A stretch of 64,000 bases of DNA from Clostridiaceae bacterium BRH_c20a (GTDB lineage Bacteria > Bacillota > Peptococcia > Peptococcales > BICA1-8). The stretch lies in NCBI GenBank assembly GCA_000961765.1, contig LADT01000016.1, positions 138,210 through 202,209 on the forward strand, in the 5' to 3' direction. The notes below the pieces were generated by a model. The model was not told where the DNA came from. It made no database searches and saw nothing but the letters and a program-made list of their open reading frames with translations. This document shows, one piece after another, positions 9,266 through 17,763 of this stretch. A program made the position numbers and the translations under genes. Each line of letters opens with the position of its first letter. Position 1 is the first letter of the stretch.

Positions 9266-11020
9266 GTGATGGACTTATTGTTAACAAACCAAAATTTATC
9301 TGCTTTTCAGTTATTTATTAAGTTACTTGAAGCAATAGGAATAATAGGATTGGCAGCGTATTTTTTTACACAGAGTACTGTTTTTAAAAGTTTATTCGCT
9401 AGGAAATTCACTCTCAGGGATAAATTTTTAATGATTATATTTTTTAGTACTATATCTATAGTTGGAACCTACTTAGGTATTCCCATTAAAGGTGCCTTAG
9501 CAAACACCAGAGCAGTAGGGGCTATAGTAGCAGGGCTGTTAGGAGGCCCGGTTGTAGGCTTAGGGGCAGGTTTAATTGCCGGAACCCATAGATATTTATT
9601 AGGAGGATATACAGGTTTTGCCTGTGGACTGGCAACTGTTATAGAAGGTTTATTAGCAGGTTTCTTACCTAAAATAATAGAAAACCGAAAAATGTCTTTA
9701 CTTCTTGGGATGTCCGCAGGAATATTGGGAGAAGCTTTGCAAATGTTGATTATCTTATTAATTGCACGTCCTTTTAATGAAGCCGTAGATTTAGTTAAAG
9801 TAATTGCTTTACCCATGATGACAGTCAATTCCTTGGGGATTATGTTATTTATTCATTTAGTGCATAAAGCCAAAAAGGAACAGGAAAAAATTGAGGCTTT
9901 GCAGGCTCATAAAGCATTAGAAATTGCTAACCAAACCATTTCCCATCTAAGACATGGCTTGAGCTCTAATTCAGCACAGATTGCAGCACAAATAATTTTA
10001 AATATCTCTGAGGTAGATGCCGTTGCTATAACTGATAAACAAAAAATCTTAGCTCATGTGGGTATTGGCTCAGACCATCATCTTCCTAATAGTATTTTAT
10101 TAACCACATTGACTGAAAAGGTAATTAGTAGTGGAGAACTAATTATTGCTAATAGCCCGCTGGAAATCGATTGCAAAGAACCGCTTTGTCCATTAGGCTC
10201 TGCAGTTGTAGTGCCTTTGAAAATAAAAAATGATGTAATTGGAACATTGAAGTTTTATCATGCTCGTCCAAATTTAATGTCTCCAGTAAAAGTCGAGCTA
10301 GCTAGAGGACTTGCCCAGCTTTTGAGTACCCAGCTAGAATTAGGCCAGTTAGAGGCCCAAGCTAAATTAAAAACAACAGCCGAACTCAAGGCGTTGCGAG
10401 CTCAAATTAATCCTCATTTTTTATTTAACACTCTTAACACTATTATTTCCTTCAGTAGAACAGAACCCGAGACCTCCCGGCAGTTACTTATCCATTTATC
10501 TGATTTCTTTAGAAAAACATTAAAAAATGACTGCGATTTTGTGAGGATAAATGATGAGCTTACTTTAATCAAATCCTACTTAACTATAGAAAAAGCCCGC
10601 TTTGGAAACAGATTGGATATAATCTATGATATTCCTGATGAGCTATTAGATTTTGAAATGCCGGCTTTTATATTGCAGCCATTAGTAGAAAATTCAGTTA
10701 AGCATGGTATTGCTCCTAAAATAGAGGGAGGTCAGATACTTATAAAAGCTTTTAAAATAGATGGGAAGGTAGCTTTCTGCATTTGTGATACCGGGATTGG
10801 AATACCAAAAGATATCAGAGAAAAAATATTTCTAAAAGGCTTTGGAAAGGGAACGGGCATAGGACTATCAAATGTAAACGAGCGGTTAATGAATATTTAT
10901 GGACCTGAGTATGGTTTGAAAATCCTGGATTCATCTGAAATTACTAATGTTTTTTTTAATATTCCTGATAATAAAGAGGTGAGATATAATGAATTCCAAA
11001 CTCCGAGCCTTAATTGTTGA
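9266..11020 (+). CDS. lytS: LytS/BtsS-type sensor histidine kinase (5TM-LytS, GAF, His_kinase, HATPase)
   Basis: Multi-TM N-terminus, 'NPHFLFNTLN' H-box, 'ENSVKHG' N-box, 'DTGIGI'. 584 aa. Confidence 0.88.
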   Translation: MMDLLLTNQNLSAFQLFIKLLEAIGIIGLAAYFFTQSTVFKSLFARKFTLRDKFLMIIFFSTISIVGTYLGIPIKGALANTRAVGAIVAGLLGGPVVGLGAGLIAGTHRYLLGGYTGFACGLATVIEGLLAGFLPKIIENRKMSLLLGMSAGILGEALQMLIILLIARPFNEAVDLVKVIALPMMTVNSLGIMLFIHLVHKAKKEQEKIEALQAHKALEIANQTISHLRHGLSSNSAQIAAQIILNISEVDAVAITDKQKILAHVGIGSDHHLPNSILLTTLTEKVISSGELIIANSPLEIDCKEPLCPLGSAVVVPLKIKNDVIGTLKFYHARPNLMSPVKVELARGLAQLLSTQLELGQLEAQAKLKTTAELKALRAQINPHFLFNTLNTIISFSRTEPETSRQLLIHLSDFFRKTLKNDCDFVRINDELTLIKSYLTIEKARFGNRLDIIYDIPDELLDFEMPAFILQPLVENSVKHGIAPKIEGGQILIKAFKIDGKVAFCICDTGIGIPKDIREKIFLKGFGKGTGIGLSNVNERLMNIYGPEYGLKILDSSEITNVFFNIPDNKEVRYNEFQTPSLNC

Positions 11021-11765
11021 TGATGAAATCCCATCACGGAAGGAATTAATCTATTTATTAGAGGAAAATTTTCGAGAAAAAGTTGAGATAATTGGAGAAG
11101 CAGATCATGGATGGGCTGCCCTTGAACAGATCAACCTACTTAAACCCCATTGTGTTTTTTTGGATATACAGATGCCAGGAATCAATGGTCTTGATGTTGC
11201 ACAGATCGTACACAAATCCCACCGTGAGGTAGCTATAGTTTTTATAACTGCCTTTGATGAATACGCTATTAATGCCTTTGAATTTAATGCTATCGACTAC
11301 CTTGTAAAACCTTTTAGCATACAAAGACTAACCAAAACTGTAATTCGTCTAACGGAAGAGAGGTGTGAATATTTAGTCTATTATAAGAAGATTGAAGATT
11401 TGCTTTCAAACATTAATAACGTTTTGCCTCAAAATGCATTTCAACAAGTACCTTGTGAGGATAACGGGCGTATATATCTTGTAAAACCTTCGGAAATATT
11501 CTATTGCAATGCTGAAGAAGGGAAGGTAACAATTTATTGCAAAAAGGGTAAATATAAAACATTTTTAAATCTTCAAGAATTAGAAAATCGGTTGGCATTT
11601 TTTCGAGCCCATCGCAGTTATTTAGTAAATCCTGATTATATAAAAGTTATTGAACCATTATTTCATGGCTGCTGTCAAATAACTTTAGATGATGATACAA
11701 AGACTACTATACCCGTAAGCAGGATTCAGACGAGACGCCTTAAAGAAGTATTTAGGATCAGATAA
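10989..11765 (+). CDS. lytT: LytR/LytT-type response regulator (receiver plus LytTR DNA-binding domain)
   Basis: Receiver motifs 'ALIVDDE' and 'VFLDIQMPGINGL'. C-terminal 'FFRAHRSYLVN' LytTR motif. Overlaps the lytS 3' end. Confidence 0.88.
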   Translation: MNSKLRALIVDDEIPSRKELIYLLEENFREKVEIIGEADHGWAALEQINLLKPHCVFLDIQMPGINGLDVAQIVHKSHREVAIVFITAFDEYAINAFEFNAIDYLVKPFSIQRLTKTVIRLTEERCEYLVYYKKIEDLLSNINNVLPQNAFQQVPCEDNGRIYLVKPSEIFYCNAEEGKVTIYCKKGKYKTFLNLQELENRLAFFRAHRSYLVNPDYIKVIEPLFHGCCQITLDDDTKTTIPVSRIQTRRLKEVFRIR

Positions 11766-11941
11766 TAGCCGTTCAATCTCCTATTTGACTATTTATTATT
11801 ATATTAATACCATTCGACAAATAATTATTGAAAAATTTAGTAATATTAAGGCATAATTATTTAATAAACAGATATTTCTAAAATTTGTGAATGTTTATTA
11901 TTAATTATGATTGCAAAATTTTCTCTTGTAAGGGTGATCAA

Positions 11942-12457
11942 ATGACCAAAGAAGAGTTTTTGGAAAATATCAAGGGCAAATTTCAGTTTTATTACGACTT
12001 AAAAGACCAACCAGACATTGTTCCATTTCCTATCGATTTTTATGCTCATTTTTATCAAGCAAATGAAAAGTATTTTGGTCTTAAAAGCTTTAATATTTGG
12101 CGTATGACCCATGATGAACACTGTTTTGTAAAATATTATGAAAATGTTTCCAAAGATGATGTTAATAATATGATTGAAAGTCTCAAAAGTGGAATAAATT
12201 ATTTAGTAGAACCTAATGAAGATCATATGAAAACTTTTGTTACCGGAGTCTTTTTTACAGAAAACCGACCTTTAGAAAGCCTTGAAAAGTATATTGAAAA
12301 GTTTAAATATTGCAAAGTTTATAAATTCTATCTCCAAGGGTGGTGTGATATACGACTGATTTTAATAGATTTATCTTCCCGAAAGGTGTATACAAATAAA
12401 GCAGGGAAGGAGGTACAGAAATTTTATCAGCACTTGGTGGAAGATAATAATAAATAA
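11942..12457 (+). CDS. Hypothetical protein (171 aa from the ATG at 11942), inserted between lytT and cstA
   Basis: Long ORF with coding-like composition. The internal ATG follows 'aagggtga'. I recognise no motif. Confidence 0.55.
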   Translation: MTKEEFLENIKGKFQFYYDLKDQPDIVPFPIDFYAHFYQANEKYFGLKSFNIWRMTHDEHCFVKYYENVSKDDVNNMIESLKSGINYLVEPNEDHMKTFVTGVFFTENRPLESLEKYIEKFKYCKVYKFYLQGWCDIRLILIDLSSRKVYTNKAGKEVQKFYQHLVEDNNK

Positions 12458-12479
12458 TAATTGATTGGAGGTCTTCTTG

Positions 12480-14102
12480 ATGAGTGCATTAGTGTTAATT
12501 ATTTTTGCAATCGTATGTTTTCTTATCGCTTATGTAACTTATGGCGCCTGGTTGGCAAAACAATGGGGTATTGACCCAACTAAAAAGACACCTGCTTGTA
12601 CTAAAACAGATGGTGTTGACTTTTGTCCTGCAAAGGCTCCCGTTCTCCTTGGTCATCATTTTTCATCTATCGCTGGGGCAGGACCTATTGTAGGGCCAAT
12701 TGCTGCAAGTGTTTTTGGTTGGATTCCCGTGGCTTTATGGGTTATCGTTGGGTCCATCTTTTTTGGTGGTGTCCATGATTTTGGTTCCCTTTTTGCTTCT
12801 GTCAGACATGGTGGTAAAAGTATCGGAGAAGTTATCGAAGTTAATATTGGTAAGACAGGGAAAAAATTATTTGCAGTATTTGCTTGGCTGACCTTAATCC
12901 TGGTAGTAGCTGCTTTCCTCAATATTGTTGCTGATGCTTTTGTTAGTACTCCCGCTGCTGGTTCCTCTTCTATTTTCTTTATTTTCCTGGCAGTAGCTTT
13001 TGGTTATGCTGTTAACAGAATGAACATGAACCTTACTGTTTCTAGTATTGTTGGGGTAATAGTATTATTCTTCTGTGTTTGGTTAGGGCAAGTATTCCCA
13101 TTGGCTCTAACAAAAATGGCTTGGATTTATCTTTTAATTATCTATATATTTGCAGCCTCTGTTTTACCGGTATGGATTTTACTACAGCCCCGGGATTATC
13201 TCAATTCTTTCCTTCTTTATGCAATGATGGGTGGAGCAGTAATAGGTATACTTATTTTTCAGCCAACCCTGCAGCTCTCCCCCTATAACGGATTTGTAGT
13301 AAATAAACAATTTTTATTCCCCATGCTATTTATAACCGTTGCTTGTGGTGCTATTTCCGGCTTCCATTCCCTAGTTGGCTCCGGTACAACTTCTAAACAG
13401 CTGGAAAGTGAAAAGGATTTAAAACTGGTTGGCTATGGATCCATGCTTATTGAAGGTGTACTTGCAATAGTTGCTCTAATTACAGCAGCTTATATAGTTG
13501 GACCAAAATTAGCTGAATTATTAAAAGCCGGTGGTCCTATTAACGTCTTTGCCGATGGAGTCGGTAACTTCCTAACAGCTGTTGGAATTAGTGCGGTAGT
13601 AGGGAAGCAATTTGCAGTTTTAGCATTGTCTGCCTTTGCATTGACAAGTCTAGATACTGCTACCCGTCTTGGACGTTTCATATTCCAGGAATTCTTCTCT
13701 AAAGACGGCGAAAAAGAGGAATCTATAATAACTAATAGATATGTTGCAACTGGTATAACAGTAGTAGTGGGTGGTTATTTAGCATTTAATGGTTGGAGTA
13801 AAATTTGGCCCATGTTTGGTTCTGCCAACCAACTCCTAGCTGCTCTAGCTTTGATAACTGTAGCTGTTTGGTTAAAGAATTCCAAAAAGAATAACAAAAT
13901 GTTAATCTTCCCGACCATCTTCATGTTCACCGCTACACTGATAGCATTAGTTTTACTTATTAATGCAAACTTAGCCAGCGGCAATTTCCTCTTAGTAGGT
14001 TTTGCTATAGCACTGTTTGTTCTAGCCGTTATTCTAATCGTCCACGCTTATAAAGCTTTAACATCTCCACCTATTGATAAAAAAATCAATATAAATATGT
14101 AA
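12480..14102 (+). CDS. cstA: Carbon starvation protein A family transporter (CstA/BtsT-like pyruvate/peptide:H+ symporter)
   Basis: Polytopic membrane protein with 'GHHFSSIAGAGPIVGP' and 'CGAISGFHSLV'. The ATG at 12480 follows 'ttggagg'. Confidence 0.88.
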   Translation: MSALVLIIFAIVCFLIAYVTYGAWLAKQWGIDPTKKTPACTKTDGVDFCPAKAPVLLGHHFSSIAGAGPIVGPIAASVFGWIPVALWVIVGSIFFGGVHDFGSLFASVRHGGKSIGEVIEVNIGKTGKKLFAVFAWLTLILVVAAFLNIVADAFVSTPAAGSSSIFFIFLAVAFGYAVNRMNMNLTVSSIVGVIVLFFCVWLGQVFPLALTKMAWIYLLIIYIFAASVLPVWILLQPRDYLNSFLLYAMMGGAVIGILIFQPTLQLSPYNGFVVNKQFLFPMLFITVACGAISGFHSLVGSGTTSKQLESEKDLKLVGYGSMLIEGVLAIVALITAAYIVGPKLAELLKAGGPINVFADGVGNFLTAVGISAVVGKQFAVLALSAFALTSLDTATRLGRFIFQEFFSKDGEKEESIITNRYVATGITVVVGGYLAFNGWSKIWPMFGSANQLLAALALITVAVWLKNSKKNNKMLIFPTIFMFTATLIALVLLINANLASGNFLLVGFAIALFVLAVILIVHAYKALTSPPIDKKININM

Positions 14103-14107
14103 CATTT

Positions 14108-14132
14108 AAAGGTCGGCAGTTTGCCGACCTTT
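14108..14132 (+). terminator. Hairpin after cstA
   Basis: 11-bp stem aaaggtcggca/tgccgaccttt with a 3-nt loop. The T tract is weak. Confidence 0.6.
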
Positions 14133-14223
14133 ATCCTTTATTGTAGATATTTCGGGGAACCATTTGCTGTTATTGACAGGTAGCATAAAAGTAACTATAA
14201 TAAAGTTTGCAATTTAAATATAT

Positions 14224-14310
14224 GCGGTAGTGGCGGAATCGGCAGACGCGCTAGATTCAGGTTCTAGTGGGTGCAAGCCCGTGGAGGTTCAAGTCCTCTC
14301 TACCGCACCA
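14224..14310 (+). tRNA. tRNA-Leu (anticodon CAG), class II with a long variable arm; CCA encoded
   Basis: Acceptor gcggtag/ctaccgc. Anticodon arm ctaga-ttCAGgt-tctag. T-arm ggagg-ttcaagt-cctct. Confidence 0.9.
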
Positions 14311-14587
14311 AAATTTGTAAATTAACTGAGGTCGATTAATTCGGTCTCAGTTTTTGTTTTGACTTGTGGTGCTAATTTACGATAAATAACATATTCTTAA
14401 AAGTTTGAGGTTTATCGTTGGGTTATCTGGAGAAAATACATGTATAAAAAATATTCTTTATCGATTCTGTTTGAATATGTAAAAACAAGCAATGTTTTAT
14501 ACCATTTGCTGTAATATATCTATTAATTAACTAGTGTTTCGTGCTAAAATATAATAAAATCAAGTAGTTTATGAGGGGTGAGTACAG

Positions 14588-14872
14588 ATGACTCTCACAG
14601 AAATTAAAAATGTAGTAAGCAGAGTAGCAAGGAAGTATCCAGTAAGAAGTGTAGATTTATTTGGCTCTTATGCTACTAATGAAGTATCACAAGATTCTGA
14701 TGTAGATTTAATTGTATGTTTTGATGAAAATGTAGCTAGTCTTTTTGACTTATCTGGATTAAGGCTAGATATTCAAGATGAATTAAATAAGAAGGTAGAT
14801 ATTGTTGCAGGACCTATAAAAGAGGATAGTTATTTAACCGTAGGAAAGAAGGTTAAACTTTATGAAGCATAG
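14588..14872 (+). CDS. mntA: Minimal nucleotidyltransferase (MNT), MntA-type antitoxin of a HepT/MntA module
   Basis: 'LFGSYATNEVSQDSDVDL' (GS..(D/E)xD nucleotidyltransferase motif). 94 aa. The 3' end overlaps the start of the downstream DUF86 reading frame. Confidence 0.8.
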   Translation: MTLTEIKNVVSRVARKYPVRSVDLFGSYATNEVSQDSDVDLIVCFDENVASLFDLSGLRLDIQDELNKKVDIVAGPIKEDSYLTVGKKVKLYEA

Positions 14873-15207
14873 AGACCTTCAACTGATTAAAAAAATGATT
14901 GCAGAATGCATGGATATTAAAAAGATATACTAGTGAAGTCAATAGAGCGTTATTCTTAGAAAAGGATATATATCAGAAAGCAACTGCTATGTCTATTCTT
15001 ACCATTGGAGAACACGCCAACGCATTGTCTCGAGAGTTTTGGGTTGAGCATAAGCATATAGAATGGAGAAAAATAGTTGACCTTAGAAACATTATAGCCT
15101 ATGGATATGGTGAAATAAGAATGGAATTGGTTTGGAATCTTACGCAAACTGAAATTCCAGTACTGATGAAACAATTGCAAAATATAGCAAAAAATTCTGC
15201 TCTTTAA
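14862..15207 (+). pseudogene. hepT: HepT/DUF86 (HEPN) toxin gene disrupted by a +1 frameshift in an A5 run (14919-14923)
   Basis: The frame from ATG 14862 gives 'MKHRDLQLIKKMIAECMDIKKIY*' (stop at 14933). The next frame continues 'RYTSEVNRALFLEKDIYQKATAMSILTIGEHANALS...'. Deleting one A joins them into a DUF86-like protein. The expected Rx4-6H motif reads 'RNIIAYGY', with no His. Confidence 0.7.
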
Positions 15208-15256
15208 CAGGTGATTAAGCATATTCTTAAGAAAGAGTGATAATTAGTTCTTTTTT

Positions 15257-15337
15257 GGAGCGCATCTTCCGGTTAAGTGGCAGCGCGTTTGACTGGCAGT
15301 CAAGAGGTCGTGGGTTCAAGTCCCACTATCTCCACCA
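15257..15337 (+). other. Defective tRNA-like element. The 3' half is canonical (variable loop aggtc, T-arm gtggg-ttcaagt-cccac, acceptor 3' strand tatctcc, discriminator A, CCA), but the 5' strand does not complete the acceptor stem.
   Basis: Only 4 of 7 acceptor pairs form (ggag/ctcc). The D-region is about 5 nt too long. The best anticodon arm is tttga-ctGGCag-tcaag. Confidence 0.4.
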
Positions 15338-15338
15338 T

Positions 15339-15355
15339 GTTAAAAGCTACATTTT
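15339..15355. repeat. 17-bp direct repeat copy 1 (gttaaaagctacatttt), 1 nt after the tRNA-like CCA end
   Basis: An exact second copy lies at 17764-17780. Confidence 0.8.
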
Positions 15356-15734
15356 ATCTCTTGTTTAAGAGGTAAAAAGTTTTTTATTTTAGGTTCTTCT
15401 CTAAAAGATTGTTGTTTTTTAAATAGATTTGGTTATGACATACCTTGGAAAGGTTAAGGCGATATATTTAAGATATTTGAAGGAATCTGATAAGTGGGCA
15501 CAAACTATAAGCAATTTACAAATAGAGTTTAGAAAAAGGCCTGCCTTTATTGATGAACTTAAAAAAAGTATCTGATGAAAGCAGGAACAATATTTTAAAT
15601 GTTTAAATTAAGCTCTTTAATCCATTTTTACTAAAAATTGTGTATAATATTATTAGGTGATAGAATATATTATGCAGGATATTGTGGCTTTTATTGGTAA
15701 TATTAATCCTATTAACCTAATCTCATAATAATGT

Positions 15735-15811
15735 CGGGGCGTAGCGCAGTTTGGTAGCGCACATGGTTTGGGACCATGGGGCCGAAGGTTCGAATCCTTT
15801 CGCCCCGACCA
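15735..15811 (+). tRNA. tRNA-Pro (anticodon UGG)
   Basis: Acceptor cggggcg/cgccccg. Anticodon arm catgg-ttTGGga-ccatg. T-loop ttcgaat. CCA encoded. Confidence 0.92.
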
Positions 15812-15824
15812 TTTAATTAAATAT

Positions 15825-15899
15825 GGCGACATAGCCAAGTGGTAAGGCTAAGGACCGCAAGTCCTTGATCCCCTTGTTCGAATCAGGGTGTCGCCTCCA
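15825..15899 (+). tRNA. tRNA-Cys (anticodon GCA)
   Basis: Acceptor ggcgaca/tgtcgcc with discriminator U. Anticodon arm aagga-ccGCAag-tcctt. CCA encoded. Confidence 0.92.
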
Positions 15900-15903
15900 A
15901 TTT

Positions 15904-15944
15904 AAAAGAGCCTGAGTTTGCTAAAAGCAAACTCAGGCTCTTTT
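15904..15944 (+). terminator. Strong terminator after tRNA-Pro/tRNA-Cys
   Basis: 18-bp perfect stem aaaagagcctgagtttgc/gcaaactcaggctctttt with a 5-nt loop and a trailing T run. Confidence 0.9.
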
Positions 15945-15957
15945 CTATTTCGCTAAA

Positions 15958-16051
15958 TGCTAATATTGCGAAAAGGTCTTCTGGGCCTTTTAGGCTGAAG
16001 GTGAAGAATATTAACAGTGAAAGGAAGCTAATTCATATACGTCAAGAATAA
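15958..16051 (+). pseudogene. Remnant of a tyrosine recombinase (phage-type integrase), about 35 codons with an internal frameshift
   Basis: Two adjacent frames read 'LRKGLLGLLG' and then 'LKVKNINSERKLIHIRQE*'. This resembles the conserved 'GLR.gELLgLkW.DId.e...i.I.q' segment of integrases. It lies directly downstream of tRNA-Cys. Confidence 0.4.
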
Positions 16052-16414
16052 GTTTGTGCTATTAAATTAATAGATTTTAACACTCATCCCTCCCTCTATA
16101 AGACCACAGTATAAATTATAACTATAAATAGTAACAGATATAGAAATAATCTGACATTTACGCCACGCTCCCATGCAAAAAAATCCTGGGGATAGTGAGG
16201 AATAAGCAGCAAAAAAATGACCGCTCTGCGTAAGGCGGTCATTGAATATGCATTATAGTTTCAATTCAAAGCTGGGCGGTTCCGGACAATCCTCTGTAGT
16301 CTCTTGCGGATGGCTAAAATTTACTTAACGCTTCTGTTCAAGAAGAAGTCGTTCAAGCTGCATTACACGCCCTTTTAAGCCTTTGCACAAAGCTTCTGTA
16401 CGCAGCTCATGGGT

Positions 16415-16439
16415 GTGTCTAGGGACGGTCCTTTGACAC
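16415..16439. repeat. 25-bp inverted repeat, left copy (gtgtctagggacggtcctttgacac)
   Basis: It matches the reverse complement of 19581-19605 at 24 of 25 positions. Confidence 0.85.
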
Positions 16440-16782
16440 AGCGTAGTGGAAATATGATTGAATACTCTGGGAAGTTATTAGATATCAGAAGGGAAAAGAA
16501 AAAGGAAGAAGTTTTTGACATATATGCATATTGCTTAATAATTTTTATACTTTACAAAAATTTATTCAAAGTCAAAATTAAGGTTGATTACTCATATGAA
16601 AAACCGCCTCCGCACGTTCTATGTTCAAGCGGTGGGGTGCGGTGATATAATATGCAAAAGGGGTTTAAGGGGTAAAATAAAAAGCATAGGAAATAAGTAC
16701 TTTGGAGGCAGTTTAGATTATATCTAACTATCTTCCGTCTATTATCAACCAAAATATGGTATAATATTTTTGGGGTGATTAT

Positions 16783-17079
16783 ATGTTACCGGAAAAGATC
16801 AGGAAATTCTTTTGGGAATATAGTGGAAGTGAAATAGATATACAGGAAAACTGGTTTTTTATCATAGAACGTCTATTGGAATATGGAGATTTTGAAGCCG
16901 TTAAATGGGCCTTTAAGCATTTTGACCAAAGCCAACTGGTTAAAGTAGTTAAATCTAGTCGCAAACTTTCCAGGAAAACAGCTTCGATGTGGCAAAACTA
17001 TTTTAATTTGCCAAAGGAGGAGATAAGATGTATGAATTTATCATGTCAAAGGACCGGCATGCCCTTCTTACTAGAATAG
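16783..17079 (+). CDS. Small protein upstream of AbiEii (the DUF6922-like partner family as I recall it); putative antitoxin/regulator
   Basis: 'FFWEYSGSEIDIQENWFFIIERLLEYGDFEAVKW' and 'SRKLSRKTASMW'. Preceded by an extended -10 'tggtataat'. Overlaps the next gene by 52 nt. Confidence 0.6.
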   Translation: MLPEKIRKFFWEYSGSEIDIQENWFFIIERLLEYGDFEAVKWAFKHFDQSQLVKVVKSSRKLSRKTASMWQNYFNLPKEEIRCMNLSCQRTGMPFLLE

Positions 17080-17663
17080 CTGAAAAAGGCTTCCTAGAAG
17101 ACTTTTACTTAGCAGGTGGCACTGCTTTAGCTTTACACCTTGGGCATCGTTGGTCGGAAGACTTGGATTTTTTTACCAAATATAAATTTGATTCCTTTGG
17201 TTTAATTTCTAAGTTATCAAAAATAGATAAATTCACTGTAACGGGGCAAGAGACGGATACTGTTCATGGTTTAATGGGTAATGTTAAACTTAGTTTTCTT
17301 TATTATCCTTACTCACTACTTGAGGATTTTCATGTCTATAATAAAATAAAAATTGCAAGTATTAAAGATATAGCTTTGATGAAACTTATTGCCCTAGTTC
17401 AAAGGGGAACAAAAAAAGATTTTATCGATTTGTATTTTATTGAAAAAGAAGTAATAAAGATAGAGGAACTTATTAATCTATTTCCTGAAAAATTTAAAAT
17501 TTCTTCATATCAACCAATTTTAATCTATAAAAGTTTAGGATATTTTGAAGATGCGGATAGGGAAGTTACTCCTAAGATGTTTAAAGAGATTTCCTGGGAG
17601 GAAATAAAATCATATTTTCTTCGAAGACAAAAGGAATCACTTGAATGGGACTTAAAAGAGTAG
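17028..17663 (+). CDS. Nucleotidyltransferase AbiEii/AbiGii toxin family protein (DUF1814)
   Basis: 'FYLAGGTALALHLGHRWSEDLDFF' and 'RGTKKDFIDLYF'. The RBS aaggagg precedes the ATG at 17028. Confidence 0.8.
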   Translation: MYEFIMSKDRHALLTRIAEKGFLEDFYLAGGTALALHLGHRWSEDLDFFTKYKFDSFGLISKLSKIDKFTVTGQETDTVHGLMGNVKLSFLYYPYSLLEDFHVYNKIKIASIKDIALMKLIALVQRGTKKDFIDLYFIEKEVIKIEELINLFPEKFKISSYQPILIYKSLGYFEDADREVTPKMFKEISWEEIKSYFLRRQKESLEWDLKE

Positions 17664-17763
17664 TAATTTAGTTTATTGTTCCCGCCCGGCATATTGATTA
17701 CATGCGTTTATATCGTCTTTAGGAAGATAAGTTGGCTGCATCTAAATTAACCAAACAATACAA

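Noticed and set aside
15257-15337. Possibility that the tRNA-like element is tRNA-Sec (selC) or an allo-tRNA.
   Set aside because: There is no UCA anticodon in a U33-containing 7-nt loop and no long variable arm. Neither an 8/5 nor a 9/4 acceptor/T arrangement rescues the acceptor pairing.
15435-15575. 47-codon ORF 'MTYLGKVKAIYLRYLKESDKWAQTISNLQIEFRKRPAFIDELKKSI*'.
   Set aside because: It looks like the C-terminal tail of a larger protein; I vaguely associate such 'R.F.DEL' endings with SWIM-type proteins. It has no RBS and no upstream coding continuation. I treat it as a probable gene remnant, not a feature.
16409-16645. Track ORF 16409..16645(+), and 19300..19605(-), both containing 'DGPLT'.
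   Set aside because: The shared peptide is just the 25-bp inverted repeat read in frame. There is no RBS, and the ORFs are filled with low-complexity or stop-adjacent sequence.
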